NCBI GenBank assembly: GCA_038496445.1 | Contig: JALMLS010000466.1 | Span: forward strand, 620,001 to 684,000 | DNA from: Trichosphaerium sp. ATCC 40318 | Taxonomy: Eukaryota > Protista > Tubulinea | Reading direction: 5' to 3' | Length of the DNA: 64,000 bases | Shown here: positions 13,227-25,466 of the stretch, one piece after another | Position numbering within the stretch: the first letter of the stretch is position 1 | Layout of the letters: every line of letters begins with the position of its first letter | The notes under the pieces: generated by a model | What the model saw: the letters and a program-made list of their open reading frames with translations, nothing else | What the model was told of the DNA's origin: nothing | Database searches by the model: none | Made by a program: the position numbers and the translations under genes

Positions 13227-14859
13227 ATGAAACGTGTTAGTACTCTACCAAGTACAATACAAGAAGTTAGGAGCCAAATCAAGCGTGTAAGGTCATGTTT
13301 TAAAGATGTACGGCTTCATATCGTTATTTCACAACCAATTTGCGTTGTAAACGCTTTGTACTAGTTTTCTTAATGTTCACGTAGACAAACGATAAATACG
13401 GTGTGTTTATTTCAGAAAGTGATGAAGTTCGTTTTAGTAGAGTCGAAAAAAGCGTGAACGGCTGTGACTCATTTCCTGAGAATCAAAAACTATTTGGAGT
13501 ATTGGTAGGTGTTAAAGATATTTTTCACATTAATAACTTTGAAACACGTGCTGGTAGTAATCTAGGTAAGCACCCCTTCGCATCACGTGCCTTATAAAGA
13601 AAACTCTATCATGCTCATAGTTACAATGTAGACCCATCAATTATTAAAGGAGAAGAAGGTTATCTTGTAAAGACAATCAAGAAACAAGGTTGCATCATTA
13701 TTGGTAAAACGCACACTGCTGAATTCGCTCACATGAAACCTCCTATTACTTTGAACCCTAACAATACATTGTACTCGCCTGGAGGATCTTCTTCAGGATC
13801 TGCTGCTGCTGTATCTTTAGGATTATGCAACATTGCTTTGGGAACTCAAACAATTGGATCTATCATTCGTCCAGCTGCTTATTGTGGATGTGTAGGTTTT
13901 AAACCTACTGCTCACCGTATACCACCTGATGGCATTGTTAATTTCTCTCCTACAATGGACACTCTTGGTTTCTTTGCTTCTAATGTATCTACAGCAATTC
14001 AATTTGCTCAAGTTGTTGTGCCTGATTGGAAGAATGAAGTCCAACCTAAAAAAGACATAGTTTGTTGTAAGTACTATGACTCAATGCGACTGAGTGTTCT
14101 TATATTGTTATAGGTGTACCTACAGGTCCTTACCTTGATAATACTGATGAAGATGCACTTGTTGTTTTTAACAAAGTGGTTGATGGGTTGATTTCTTCTG
14201 GTGAGCTCACAGCACATAAACAAGACCCATTTATTGATGACAACGGAAAATCAATTTTTGATGAAATGGTTAAGCATCACAAGACGATTATTAATGGTGA
14301 AGCAGCACAGGTGAAAATTCAACATTGCACAGTTTCTCACTCTAATATTTAGCAACATGATGAATGGTTTAGGAAGCATGAAGAATTGTACAGTCCAGAT
14401 CTACAAAAAGCACTAAAAGAAGGTCAAAAAATCTCACAAGAACAGATTGAATCATCATTGGTTTTTAGAAATGAAATGCAATCAAAGATTTCAAAAGAGA
14501 TGACAAAAGACGGCATAGACGTTTGGATATGTCCTTCAGCTCCTGGACTTGCTCCTCTTTTTAGTGCCCAAACTACAGGTAACCCATGTTGTTAACCTTT
14601 TCCACACAAGTGCCAATGCATTAGCATGCCCACCTGTTCAAGTATCCGACTGTGACATAATTGTTAACGTTGATTAGGTAATTCTATAATGAATTTGCCA
14701 TGGACACATTTAGGATTTCCTGCTATCTCTATACCTTGTGGTTTAGATAAAAACACACGCCTTTCATATGGTCTACAGATAATAGGAAATACTGGCTGCG
14801 ATGAAGAGTTGTTACAGTTTGCTTCCCGTATTGAAGATACGCTCAAACACTTAATGTAA
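13227..14859 (+). CDS. Amidase signature family protein (GatA-like amidase)
   Basis: VGVKDIF, GKTHTAEFA, PGGSSSGSAAAVS, GTQTIGSIIRPAAYCG (Ser-cisSer-Lys triad motifs), WTHLGFPAISIP. Confidence 0.9.
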
Positions 14860-15112
14860 AATGCTGATCCACGTGCGATGTGTATATCTCAAACGCGCTG
14901 AATGGTTGCCCAGCATTAGTTCAATAACAACAAGTTGTCCTTTGCATTATTTTAATTGCATTCAATTGTCGAAAGTTTGGATGGCTTTAAGGCCGACTAA
15001 AAATATGCAGTTAAGCCAGTGCCTACGCTTCTCAACCCAAATTCACCTCAAGCTGTCTTTACTGTCTAAATTATAGATTACTGCGCCCTTTATTTTATCG
15101 TAAGCTTACATA

Positions 15113-15955
15113 ATGTTTACGGTACGCAAAAATTAGTGTATTATTGCTCATGGTACGTGTTAGAGAGCATTCAGAAGTGTGCGCGAAGGTCTAGTAAATG
15201 CATACAATGGTACGTAAACAACACGCTTACATCCGTGTATTCTCCTTTCCTACGCCTACAAACGCGTCTGCAGAAGCCAAACCCAAGTTTGATGAAGATG
15301 TAAGACGGTTGCGAGCAGGCGAGCTGCCAAACGATACCACAAGCGTTAAAATACAAGAACAACCAGTACATGATGTTAAGCCTCTAAGAGGACCTGATAT
15401 GGATATTAAAACAGCAAGAGAAATACTTGGGTTAGAAAATGCCGAAATGACTAGTGAAAACCTTAAAAAGGTTCACCAATACAACGGACTATCTTTATTT
15501 GATTGCTGACTCTTGCTGTAGAAATACGAATACTTGATTACTGTTAATAACGTTGCAGGGTCAAGTTATCTTCAGCAAAAGGTTTCAAGAGCACGTGAGT
15601 GTCCTTTTGGCGGTTTGTTTTTGCGTTTTTTTGGATTAGGTGCAATTATGTTTGTACTAAATAATTTGTAGACTTGGTTTTAGATAAAGTGGTGAGAGAA
15701 ATGGAGGAAGCTGACCTTCAAAAACGTTCAAAGGCAGTACAGAAAGATGTAACAGCAATACTTACAGATTATTTCGAAGATGAAAAGCAAACAAAAGGTA
15801 TTGACTCATTGCAAAGTCATGATGGGCACCCAACAGAAAGCGTTGAACCACCACAAAGCGACAATAAAGAAGAACAACAAGATACGGAAAACTTTAAAGA
15901 GGTAGTAGAAGACGAGGAGCAAAACAAAAAGGATAAACAAGCGGGTACCTCCTGA
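15113..15955 (+). CDS. PAM16: Pam16/Tim16-like J-like mitochondrial import motor protein with acidic C-terminal extension
   Basis: Spliced MFTRAFRSVREGLVNAYNEA..MDIKTAREILGL..KKYEYLITVNNVAGSSYLQQKVSRA matches the Pam16 J-like pattern (GSxYLQxKVxRA, no HPD). Confidence 0.7.
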
Positions 15956-16144
15956 CCACGCAAAAAAAAAAAAACCTGAAGAAATTATCCTTGTCCTCCT
16001 TTGCCACAGTGACTTCAAAACAAATGAATAAATAAATTGTATTTTAATGACAACCGTAGAACAATCAACATAAAATAATGGTTGGATACTTTGTTTGACT
16101 AAAAGTTCCGTTCTCATTGCCAATTCTATTATCATTGTACTGTA

Positions 16145-19100
16145 ATGGAGCTCATAGCTTCTAATGCAGAGTGTGTATTCGATTTAACGTCTTTTCGTTA
16201 CAATTGTAGCGTTTACGAGTTTCTTGCAGGTATGCCTTTTCTACGTCGCTTTTTGGCCGTTTTTATCTATACAGTCGCGTCACAGACACTAAATACACGT
16301 CTAGAAATAACAGTTGAAGCACAATTTTCAAATAACGCTAACAGCATCGTAAGAGAGGCAACAGCCACTTTCCCATTGACACAAGGTACGTTGATCGCAA
16401 ACAAACCATGTGAAATAACGAGAAAAAAAGGTGCAATTCTTTACTCTTATGAAATTGATCTCGATGGCTGTATGGTTCCTGCTATTGTCGTTCCTAAAGA
16501 AGATGCCAAAAAAGCTTTTGATATAGGCACGTGTTTTTTTTTTATAATCGAGTATTAGGAGCGGTTTCCTGCTGTTTTTTTCTAACGTTATTTTCATAGA
16601 AACTCATCGAAATACAAGACGTCAGTTGTCAACGCTTGAGTCTGTTCAAGGAAACTTATTCAAGATTAAACTTAATTGGACGAAACCTGGTACAATACGA
16701 ACAGTAAGGCTTCATTGGATAGAAAAGCTTGTCAGGTTAGTACTGTCAACCATAATTCTCCGTACAAACAATATGCTAACAGTTTTGTTTAGAAAGGGAA
16801 ACAATTACGTACTTGACTTGATAGGCAATGATAAAGGCAACTGTGAGATAGACGCAAAAGTGACGAAGTATCATCAAACTATGGATGATTTGGCATTGCC
16901 AATATTGATGACGGGAGACGATGATATGGTTTTTAACTTTGTACCACAGGTACACATACTAATACCCTTACGTTTCCAAGAAGACTATTAACCTGTGTTC
17001 GTACTTAGAATAATTCGTGGATTGGGATTCAAGAATCAACGTTCTGTTTAACAAAGAACGACATGTTGAACGTTCCTTTGTTTCGGTTAGCATTACCATC
17101 AATGACAACATCGATATCAGCACAGAGCGAGAATCTACAAGATAAAACAACTTACTTTTGTGCCTACAACACAATACCAACATCAAAATTTGAGATTCAA
17201 AAGAACGACAAGAAAGAGGGTAAGCCCTATATGTTTATCCTTGTTAATTATTTGTTGTTAGGATTTATTGGTATATCCTGGCCTATCGGTAAGTCATATA
17301 AACAGTATCAAGATGAAGATTTGAGAGTACTACGAACTGTTCTGCATTCAATAAGAGATCAAGCAAAAGGATTCGATTTATTCCTTTATCACGTGCAAGT
17401 TGGAGTAATTCAATCGTTTTCAGCTCATCGCATTAGTGGTATTATCTCGGTACTTACCCTTTTTATCTTATACACCTTTTAATTAACTGTTCAACTACAG
17501 GCGATAAAGAAAAGTCGATGTGATGGTGGTATTGATTTATCAAAGTTAGAGTTTCGAAAAGATCGTTGTGTTGGTTCTTTGAAGACACAGTACTCCTTTC
17601 ATGTACTGTTTAGTGATGGTATATCTACTTTTGGTAATAAGAAAGCTATGTCTGAAGTGATTGAAGCACCAGTGCTTGTTATTACAAACAGGTCAACGAG
17701 CAACATTGTCACTTTGAAGAAGATTGCAACTAAAAGCAGAGGTTTCTTTCTTGATGCAACAAAACTAAGCTTTCAATCTGACTGTGCGTAATGAACTCCT
17801 TTTTCTTCAACATATTTTCGTGTCTTAACCTCTTTTTTATAGTGAGCACTACAATAAACCGATTAAATAGCGATCAAGAAATCTTATTGACAAGGATTGA
17901 TCCTTCAACTTCAAACTCTACAATTAAACGTACGTTTGTTTGTTGTGAGCTTGTACGACCTCTATTGATTAACTTATAGTTTACCCTCAAAAAAGAGCTA
18001 CAGTTTATCCTGAGATGTGGTACGTTGGAAAGATAAAGAATAAAATCAACAGCCAGACAGATAAGATGAATCTAGATGAAGAACAATCAGAACTTACAAT
18101 ACAACTACAGTTTGGTTCTAATGGAGAAAACCTACATAAATCAGAATTTGTGATTAACATTTCACGCTGCAAACAGCTGTTCGATTGCTTACAACGGTAT
18201 TGGATGTATGAGCGCGTTCAAGATATCTTACAGCAACCAGACGTTGATTCAAGAAAGGTACACATAAGAGTTGCTTCGTGATTGAGACCTCGCTTACTTA
18301 CTTTTTTTAAGGATACACTTGTTAGTATTGGTAAAGAGTTTGGTATTCTTTCTCCGTTTACATCATTCATTGTTATGAACTCTCTTGATTTATTCGTCAA
18401 GCATGATATAAGACCTCCTGAGAGTATGGCGGATATTAGAAAAAAGTATGATGATATTATAGAGTCGAAAAAGTTATCAGAGCAAGATGTACTTAGAAGG
18501 AAAATGGAACCACTTCAAGGCTTCTACCAAAGGTACTTTGTGTTTGCATGTTTCGGCTTTTTTTCTTACTTTTGTTCAGGTTGCAAGTACTTTCAACTTC
18601 CGGACCAAGGCAATCCACAACGCAAGAATTGACGTTTATGCCTTATGATGAATCTATCAAAGATACTTATAATAGAAGTTTCTTCAATGCACATGGTCAA
18701 AACTGGAAAAAGTCTAAAAAAAGGAAACAAACATTTGCTATTGAAGACCAACCACATAAGCAAAGACGCTTACTTAGACCTGATGAAGCAGTACCTTTCC
18801 AAAGTATTGGATCCAGATTAATGATGGCGATGGGATGGTCACCAGGAAAAGGCCTTGGAAAGAAAGAACAGGGTGTAACAAAACCATTAGAAGTTAAGCA
18901 CAATCGAAACCTTGGACTTAGTGTTGTAAGAAATGATAAACCAGATGTTGACCCCGTCCCTATGGATATCGAAACAGGTTTATTTACAGAAAAGATACTT
19001 GTCAGTAAGAAGGCTAAAAGAGTAAACTACGTTGGATGTCTATTGGGACCAAGGTAAACTTAACAGCGTAATTTTTTATCCACTTTACTTAACACTTTTT

Positions 19101-21798
19101 AGAGGGTTTACCAAAAAACAAATAGAAGCAGAAACTGGCGCCAAGTTTATCATTAAGGGCACTAGTATGACTAAAGGTTATGGTGATACATGTGACGAAG
19201 CGTATGTCACTGTTACTGGAAAGAGCGAAAATGAGGTTAAAGCTGCTACTCTAAAAATAAAGCAAATATTAGAATCATGTGCTAATGAGGACGCTTCAAT
19301 GAACCTTCACAAACGCCATCAATTAAGACAGCTTGCAGAAATAAATGGAACATTACGACTTGAAAAGCTTCCAGAGCCCAATCATGAGGACTTCGCGCCT
19401 TATATACCACCGCCTCTTATATTAACAAGAGAAGAAAGGAAGAAACTTAGAAAGAAATGCAGAATTGAACAAAGCAAGGAAAGTAGTGATAAAATGGAAC
19501 CAAGAAAGCGCTGTCGTAGAGGAGGTCGTAGATCTAGAAAATTGAAAGAGCGATATTCAAAAACGGAACTAGTACGTTATAAAATAACTAGTAAAGCACT
19601 ATCTTCTCAACAATTTAATTTCCACCTTTAGGAAGCGTTAAAAGGCCAAAGAATTCCTTTTGGGTTAATTGGTTCTACCAATATCACCACCAAAACCACA
19701 AATCAGCATGCCGAAGAAATTGTTGTCACTACTACCAGCCCGTGGGAACAAAAACATGCTGCTTTCGACACCAACACAAATTATTTACATCTTGAACCAA
19801 AACAAATAGACAAAATAATGTACGTACCAATACACCCACGTGATATAAAGAAACTGATATTTCTATTTTAGGAATACTCCACACCAAGGTAAAGACCACA
19901 TTTCAATCAGTGCGTCAGAGTTACGTTTACCATCAAACATACTTGAACACTACATAAAGTACATCAGTGAAGATACAGGCGTTTGTATACTGTATGGGAG
20001 AGTTGAGTACAATACACTTGTAAGGTATATTTGTATACCCAAAATTGATGGCGAGAACCTCGTTATGCCGAGCAACGTAAGAACTGAGACTACTATGAGT
20101 TATTTTCTAATTATTTACTTTATTCTAGGTACCAAAAGAGATGGAGTTTATCGGCCTACTTACAAACGACATGTCTCTTGAAATTGATAGTATCAATAGC
20201 ATTCTTAAACGTACGTTTGGTTACATCTCTACGTTTTTTTAACAGTACAAAAGGAATGGATGTTGAAAATGATATACCCCTTGTTGTTATAAATAACAGT
20301 GCTTACTCGCAATCCATCAAAACATACCTTTTACCAAAGGAGTACGTAATTTTGTTTTCAGAAACTATTTCTTTTTTTAACAAAACTTGTAGTGGTATTG
20401 TAGATGATTCATGGAGGGATTGTGTGAAAAGTGCGATGTCGCAGGTAGTCAATAATGAAAGGGGTTATTTCTTGTACCCTGCAATTACGAAATGGAACGT
20501 ATATGGCGCTCAAGGTGAAGAAGAATATCGCATAGGTACTTTCTACACATTCTCTTTTTTTTCACACGTCATACTAGGTTTCCCAATGCCTGTTGTCAAT
20601 TGTACCGCATGTGCGCCTTTGTCCAAAAATATGAATTTAATGACTAGGAGGTAAAGTTTAAACAAATTTATTGCATTTTATGACACTCTCTTTAGCTTCA
20701 AGTATTGTGTATCGTATCCAACAGCTTGTGGTGCAATTTGCTTTAACAAACAAACCCTCACTCCATATTATGACTATGTTAATGTACAAAACGAAGAAAA
20801 GTCCTTAGATCTATACTACGAAATCTCAAGGCCACTCAACACACCAGACAACGCTTTTTACTTAGTACGTACTACCTGATTAAACGTTTGACTTACTGTA
20901 TTAGGACACGCTTACTTTACTTTCTCAACACCTTTCTCTTGATGAGCAAGTTTGCATCTTATCTAATGTCAGTGCTCAAATAGATAACGTATCCAACATT
21001 GAAGATCAAATTCAGATTGTTGCATGGAAGCTTGAAGAACTAGGACTTTTTGAAGAAGCTATAAAACAATACAAACGACTTAATATGAAAGACCCTTTGG
21101 TTGCATGGGGTTTACTTCATGTACTTCAATCGTCAGATGTTGATCATAGTTATGATATAGTAGCTCTATTGAAAGGTATTATTGAACAAAATCTAGATGA
21201 GAGATTCGCATACAAGGTACACACGTGTTAGCAACAATTATTTTAACCATGGTATGCCTTTAGATTGACGTTTTTTCAATACTGGAGCTTGCAAATATCT
21301 TATGGCACTTGAACACCATGAATGTTGATACAAGAGATTTATATCAATCTATTACTTGTACAAATCCTTTTTTAAGAGATTGTGTATGTTTCCCAATACA
21401 AGTAGACTTGAGGTACTCTATTACACTTTTGCAAAAAAAACTAATAATTTTTTAGGATATCTATCACGTGGAGTTCACCTGCTGACTTGGATTTGATTGT
21501 AACTGAACCAAATGGAGAAAAGTGTTACTCAATGCATAACCAAACATCTAGTGGTGGCCTTCTTGCTGGTACATCAAATTACAAGGGTCCTGAAGAGTAT
21601 GTTATAGGCACAGCACAGAAGGGAATTTATGAGATTCATATTAAATGCGCAAGTGCTATTTCAAAATCGTCAATAGTAGCCTGTCTCAGAGTGTGGAACA
21701 AATATGGCTATGAAAATCAATCAACTTGGACACATGTTCTATGTGTTTCTTCCAAAACCAAAGATACTGTACATGTAGCAAACATATTAATTGATTAA
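16145..21798 (+). CDS. Chimeric VIT-vWA-[G-patch, SF1-type KH-QUA2, Prp3-like helix, Prp8 Jab1/PROCT-like]-TPR-like-DUF2135(YfaP) protein
   Basis: VIT: EATATFPLTQGAILYSYEIDLDGCMVPAIVVPKEDAKKAF. vWA: CDGGIDL, VLFSDGISTFG. Family motif GILSPFTSFIVM..KHDIRPP. G-patch ~18800-18925. KH-QUA2 ~18980-19362. DUF2135: DLRISITWSSPADLDLIVTEPNGEKC..GGLL..GPEEY. The exon junctions I checked are in frame with GT-AG. Confidence 0.8.
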
Positions 21799-22093
21799 TT
21801 AGGCCATGACATTCATCAATTCAAGTACAAGGTTTTAACCTTTTTTAAAATAGAAACCCGTTTGCTTGTTGAGCATGACAATAATGCATTGATCTTTTTA
21901 CAGCTAATAAATTATGTGGTTCAAAATGAAACCTTGCTGGGCAATCAGAAACTATTGGCAAAGAAAGTTTTTTTGATGGAATTTTTGGAAAACAAAAGGG
22001 GTTGTTCAATGATTATTGCAGGTAATATGAGGTTGTCTTTTAAAGTCCATAATGAAGTGGATTGGTTGCATTCTGTTTTATTAACAACAATAA

Positions 22094-22150
22094 GCATGTT
22101 TGGCCGAGTGGTTAAGGCGTACGGTTAAGGTCCGTATGGGATTCGTCCCG
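22094..22150 (+). pseudogene. 3'-truncated copy of tRNA-Leu(AAG)
   Basis: GCATGTTTGGCCGAGTGGTTAAGGCGTACGGTTAAGGTCCGTATGGGATTCGTCCCG is identical to the intact gene, then diverges. The T-arm and 3' acceptor strand are missing. Confidence 0.9.
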
Positions 22151-22805
22151 TGTTCAGGAATGGGTGCAAAATTACCCAAAACAAAAGCTGCATTAACATT
22201 TGAAGCAAAGGTAATTGGAACTTAACGTTGACAGTTCAAGCCACTGTCTTTTAAAACCTCTTAAATTGGCAATATGTTGGAGCTTCCAGCAATTTTGAAA
22301 GATAGAAGTAATAGTGGCAACAATAACTGGTGTTGTATAGCATGAAAGCCACTTACAAAGTGTTAAACCATAAAGGCAAACCCATTCAAGTTTCACTAGC
22401 AGCTATCTTTACTTGAATTTCACTTTAGTGGTTCATTAACATGTGTAATACTATCAATACTTCATTGGTAGAGAACAACAAACCACGATTGAGATTGCAC
22501 TCCATGCACTGTTGAAAAGTAAGCATTGGCATTGTGCACATGTGACCTTGAATAAGTATAAATGCAGAAAAACCTTAATGGTTTTCACATGTTGCCATGC
22601 AGGTTCGACCCCTGTGTTTGGACACATGGCACTAGCCAGGTTCTCTTTGGGGTAATTGGAGTCCTGTGGTGCTAAAACATAGACTAATAAGATCAAAAAT
22701 CAAAACCATACCTTAAACTGTCATGTGAAAATCAAATAGACGCTTGATGTTGATAGTCGCTAATATTCTGGCCACGAAAACTAGCCTATGTAATGCAAAA
22801 AGTAG

Positions 22806-22888
22806 TGCATGCTGCAGGACTTGAACCTGCGCGGGACGAATCCCATACGGACCTTAACCGTACGCCTTAACCACTCGGCCAAACATGC
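22806..22888 (-). tRNA. tRNA-Leu (anticodon AAG)
   Basis: Full cloverleaf: acceptor GCATGTT/AGCATGC+A, D-arm GCCGAGTGGTTAAGGC, anticodon arm TACGG-TTAAGGT-CCGTA, long variable arm GGGATTCGTCCC, T-arm GCAGG-TTCAAGT-CCTGC. Confidence 0.95.
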
Positions 22889-23080
22889 TTATTGTTGTTA
22901 ATAAAACAGAATGCAACCAATCCGCTTCATTATGGACTTTAAAAGACAACCTCATATTACCTGCAATAATCATTGAACAACCCCTTTTGTTTTCCAAAAA
23001 ATTCCATCAAAAAAACTTTCTACCTTTTTGTAAAATGTAACAGCAAGTTTTTGTTTGTTCAAAAAACAATTCTATGTACA

Positions 23081-25268
23081 CTATTGTTTTATCGGATAAA
23101 AATATAATTTGATACCATGCTTTGCCTTCAGTGTCACAGCAAGTGAGTCGGTAATATCTTGACCAGGAACAAGCTTGATGCAGTTGTTACCATAAACTTG
23201 CAGATTAAATTGTACCTTGAAATCAAGCTTCTGTATTACTATTGAAAGCACAATCAATGCTTCTGTCATAGCCAAATGTTCACCAATACACTTTCGAGGA
23301 CCTAAATAGGCATACTTTGTTTAGAAGAAAATTATGAATAAAACGACTTGCCTCCACCAAAAGGTATGTAACTATAAAAGTGTCGCTTCTTTCCATTTAA
23401 AAACCTCTCAGGATTAAATGTCTCAGGATCAGACCAGTGAAGTGGATGCCGATGCACAGCATATGGCGAAAACGTTAATATAGTGCCTAAGCGTAAATCA
23501 GTAACAATGCCTCGTGCTTGTTTCTTCTGATAGCAATAAAAGAGACAAACCTTTGCGTATCCTCAGTTTACCACACACAAAGTCTTCTGTACATACTCTA
23601 CCCCCTTGGGAATCTGTTAGTATACTCTAATGGGAAAGATAAAGCGTACTTAATGGTGTGCTTGGTTTAAGACGCAATGTTTCCTTGATTATGGCTTTGA
23701 GATATAATAGATTCCTTATATTGGTATCACTTGGTTCGTTGCCTTCAAGCACTTGCTGAACCTCCTTGGAGAAGAAATCATTTGCTTTCCAAATAGTTTA
23801 TTTTTCTTACCTCTTGTGCACGTGACAATACTTTAGGGTTGTTTGCGAGATAGTACAGTGCCCAAGTAAGCAGATTAGTTGTTGTGTCATGACCTCATAA
23901 CCGAGTAAACAGTTTGAATACTTAGACAAAATACATACCAGCAAACAACATTGTAACAAGCTCGTCTCTTATTTGTGTGTCAGATATTGGTTGATTTTCT
24001 CTTTGTTGTAATACCACGTCAAGTATACTACCTTTATTATAAGATTTTGTCTTTATCAAGTCGTATATTGTGTCATCAATCAACTACAAAGAATATAAAT
24101 AAATTCCCAAAAAAAACATCAATGGAGGTACCTTCATAGCACGTTCACATTTGCGGATCCACGGTGTCTTGTATATCTTCCAGTAAGGTAAAGTAGGCTT
24201 TAAGACAATATTTTGCTGCTGTTTTACAAGTATAAGGTCCCAAGCATTACTATACTCGGAGGTAGAAGCTGTTTGTGACTTAAAATCGAAACCCAAAGCA
24301 ATAAGTCCAATTGTATCAAATGTTAGTTTCTGAAAATGGTGCTGAGCGTCAGCACCACTATCACCATTCTTTAACACGTTCTCAATGAATATTTTAGCTT
24401 TACTGATAATGGTCGGTACGAATCTTCTAACATTCTTTTGTGTAAACACTGGAGTCACTACAAAACGTCAACAAGCCAAAAAAAAATTACTTACTGAGCA
24501 ATCTCATTTTTTTCCATTCTGGACCGTTATTGATAAGAACAAGCCCGCCATTCAATAAATCACCAAACAAATATTGCTAAATCATGTCATTTTACAGAAA
24601 TTACAGGTAAACAACAAAGTGATAAAGGAGGAACAACAAAAACAATTTTTTTTTTGATTTAATTTTTTTTTCTTCATACCTCGAGCGGAGACCGATCAAA
24701 AGTTGCTAAATCGGTAGTCAACATTTTTTGGATTATCTCTGGGTCATTTATCTTGGTTACTTAGCGTCAGTAATCAAAAATCTGGTTATTTTTTTTCGTT
24801 TTAAATCTTGCTGTTTACCTTCAGCAAAGGCGATGAAAAGTACATGGAGCCACTGACAAAACCATACTTGACACACTACAACGAAAGTGTCATTAAATAC
24901 TTCAGTCATTTCAGTTGCAGAAGAGTCCTCTTTTGCTTAAAACTCCACTGCTGGCGCTCTAATTGTTATAATAGTACTCTATGCGCGTAGTAGTAGTGTA
25001 TAAAGCATAGAGTCATTCTCGTGAAACATTTCAAATTACCTCCTCATAGTATAATACATGAAGCTTATCTATCTGTGAGAAAGCCTTCCGCGTAAACCCG
25101 ATAATTGGCGTCGGTAACGGCCCTAATTTTGATAATTAAGTATGAAACGCTCAAACACGCATAATTCTCTGTACCGTTTAATCCAGTTTGTTTTAACTGC
25201 CAATATTTGTACAGCCAATCTATCACTACAAATGCCAAAAAAGCAAGCGCAACAGCACTAAGTAACAT
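23081..25268 (-). CDS. Cytochrome P450 (multi-exon)
   Basis: N-terminal TM anchor, I-helix LFAGHDTT, KETLR, FNPERF, heme motif PFGGGPRKCIG. Confidence 0.93.
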
Positions 25269-25466
25269 CACAGCAACGCTACCAGGCCCCGCTTTCTGTC
25301 TTGCGAATTACTGAAACAAACTGACTTTTGTGGAACGAAAAGGCTAAAAGTTAAACCTGTTGAGCCTCAGGATAAATAAAGAACAACGCTTCATTCTTCG
25401 GTTCTGGTCTATATGTATTTACATTTTATTTGACACTTTTGGTCTCCCTGCCTTGCAACGATTGTG

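Larger units (their letters stand above)
21962..23021. repeat. ~190-bp inverted duplication (21962-22150 vs ~22831-23021) around a ~680-bp spacer
   Basis: The reverse complement of the right arm matches the left arm except for a 1-nt T-run indel and one CG>TG change. The arm includes the tRNA-Leu upstream flank and its 5' 57 nt. Confidence 0.95.

Noticed and set aside
22094-22632. Split or intron-containing tRNA formed from the Leu 5' half and the downstream T-arm
   Set aside because: The downstream 3' strand cannot pair with the GCATGTT acceptor, and the 5' half is explained by the inverted duplication.
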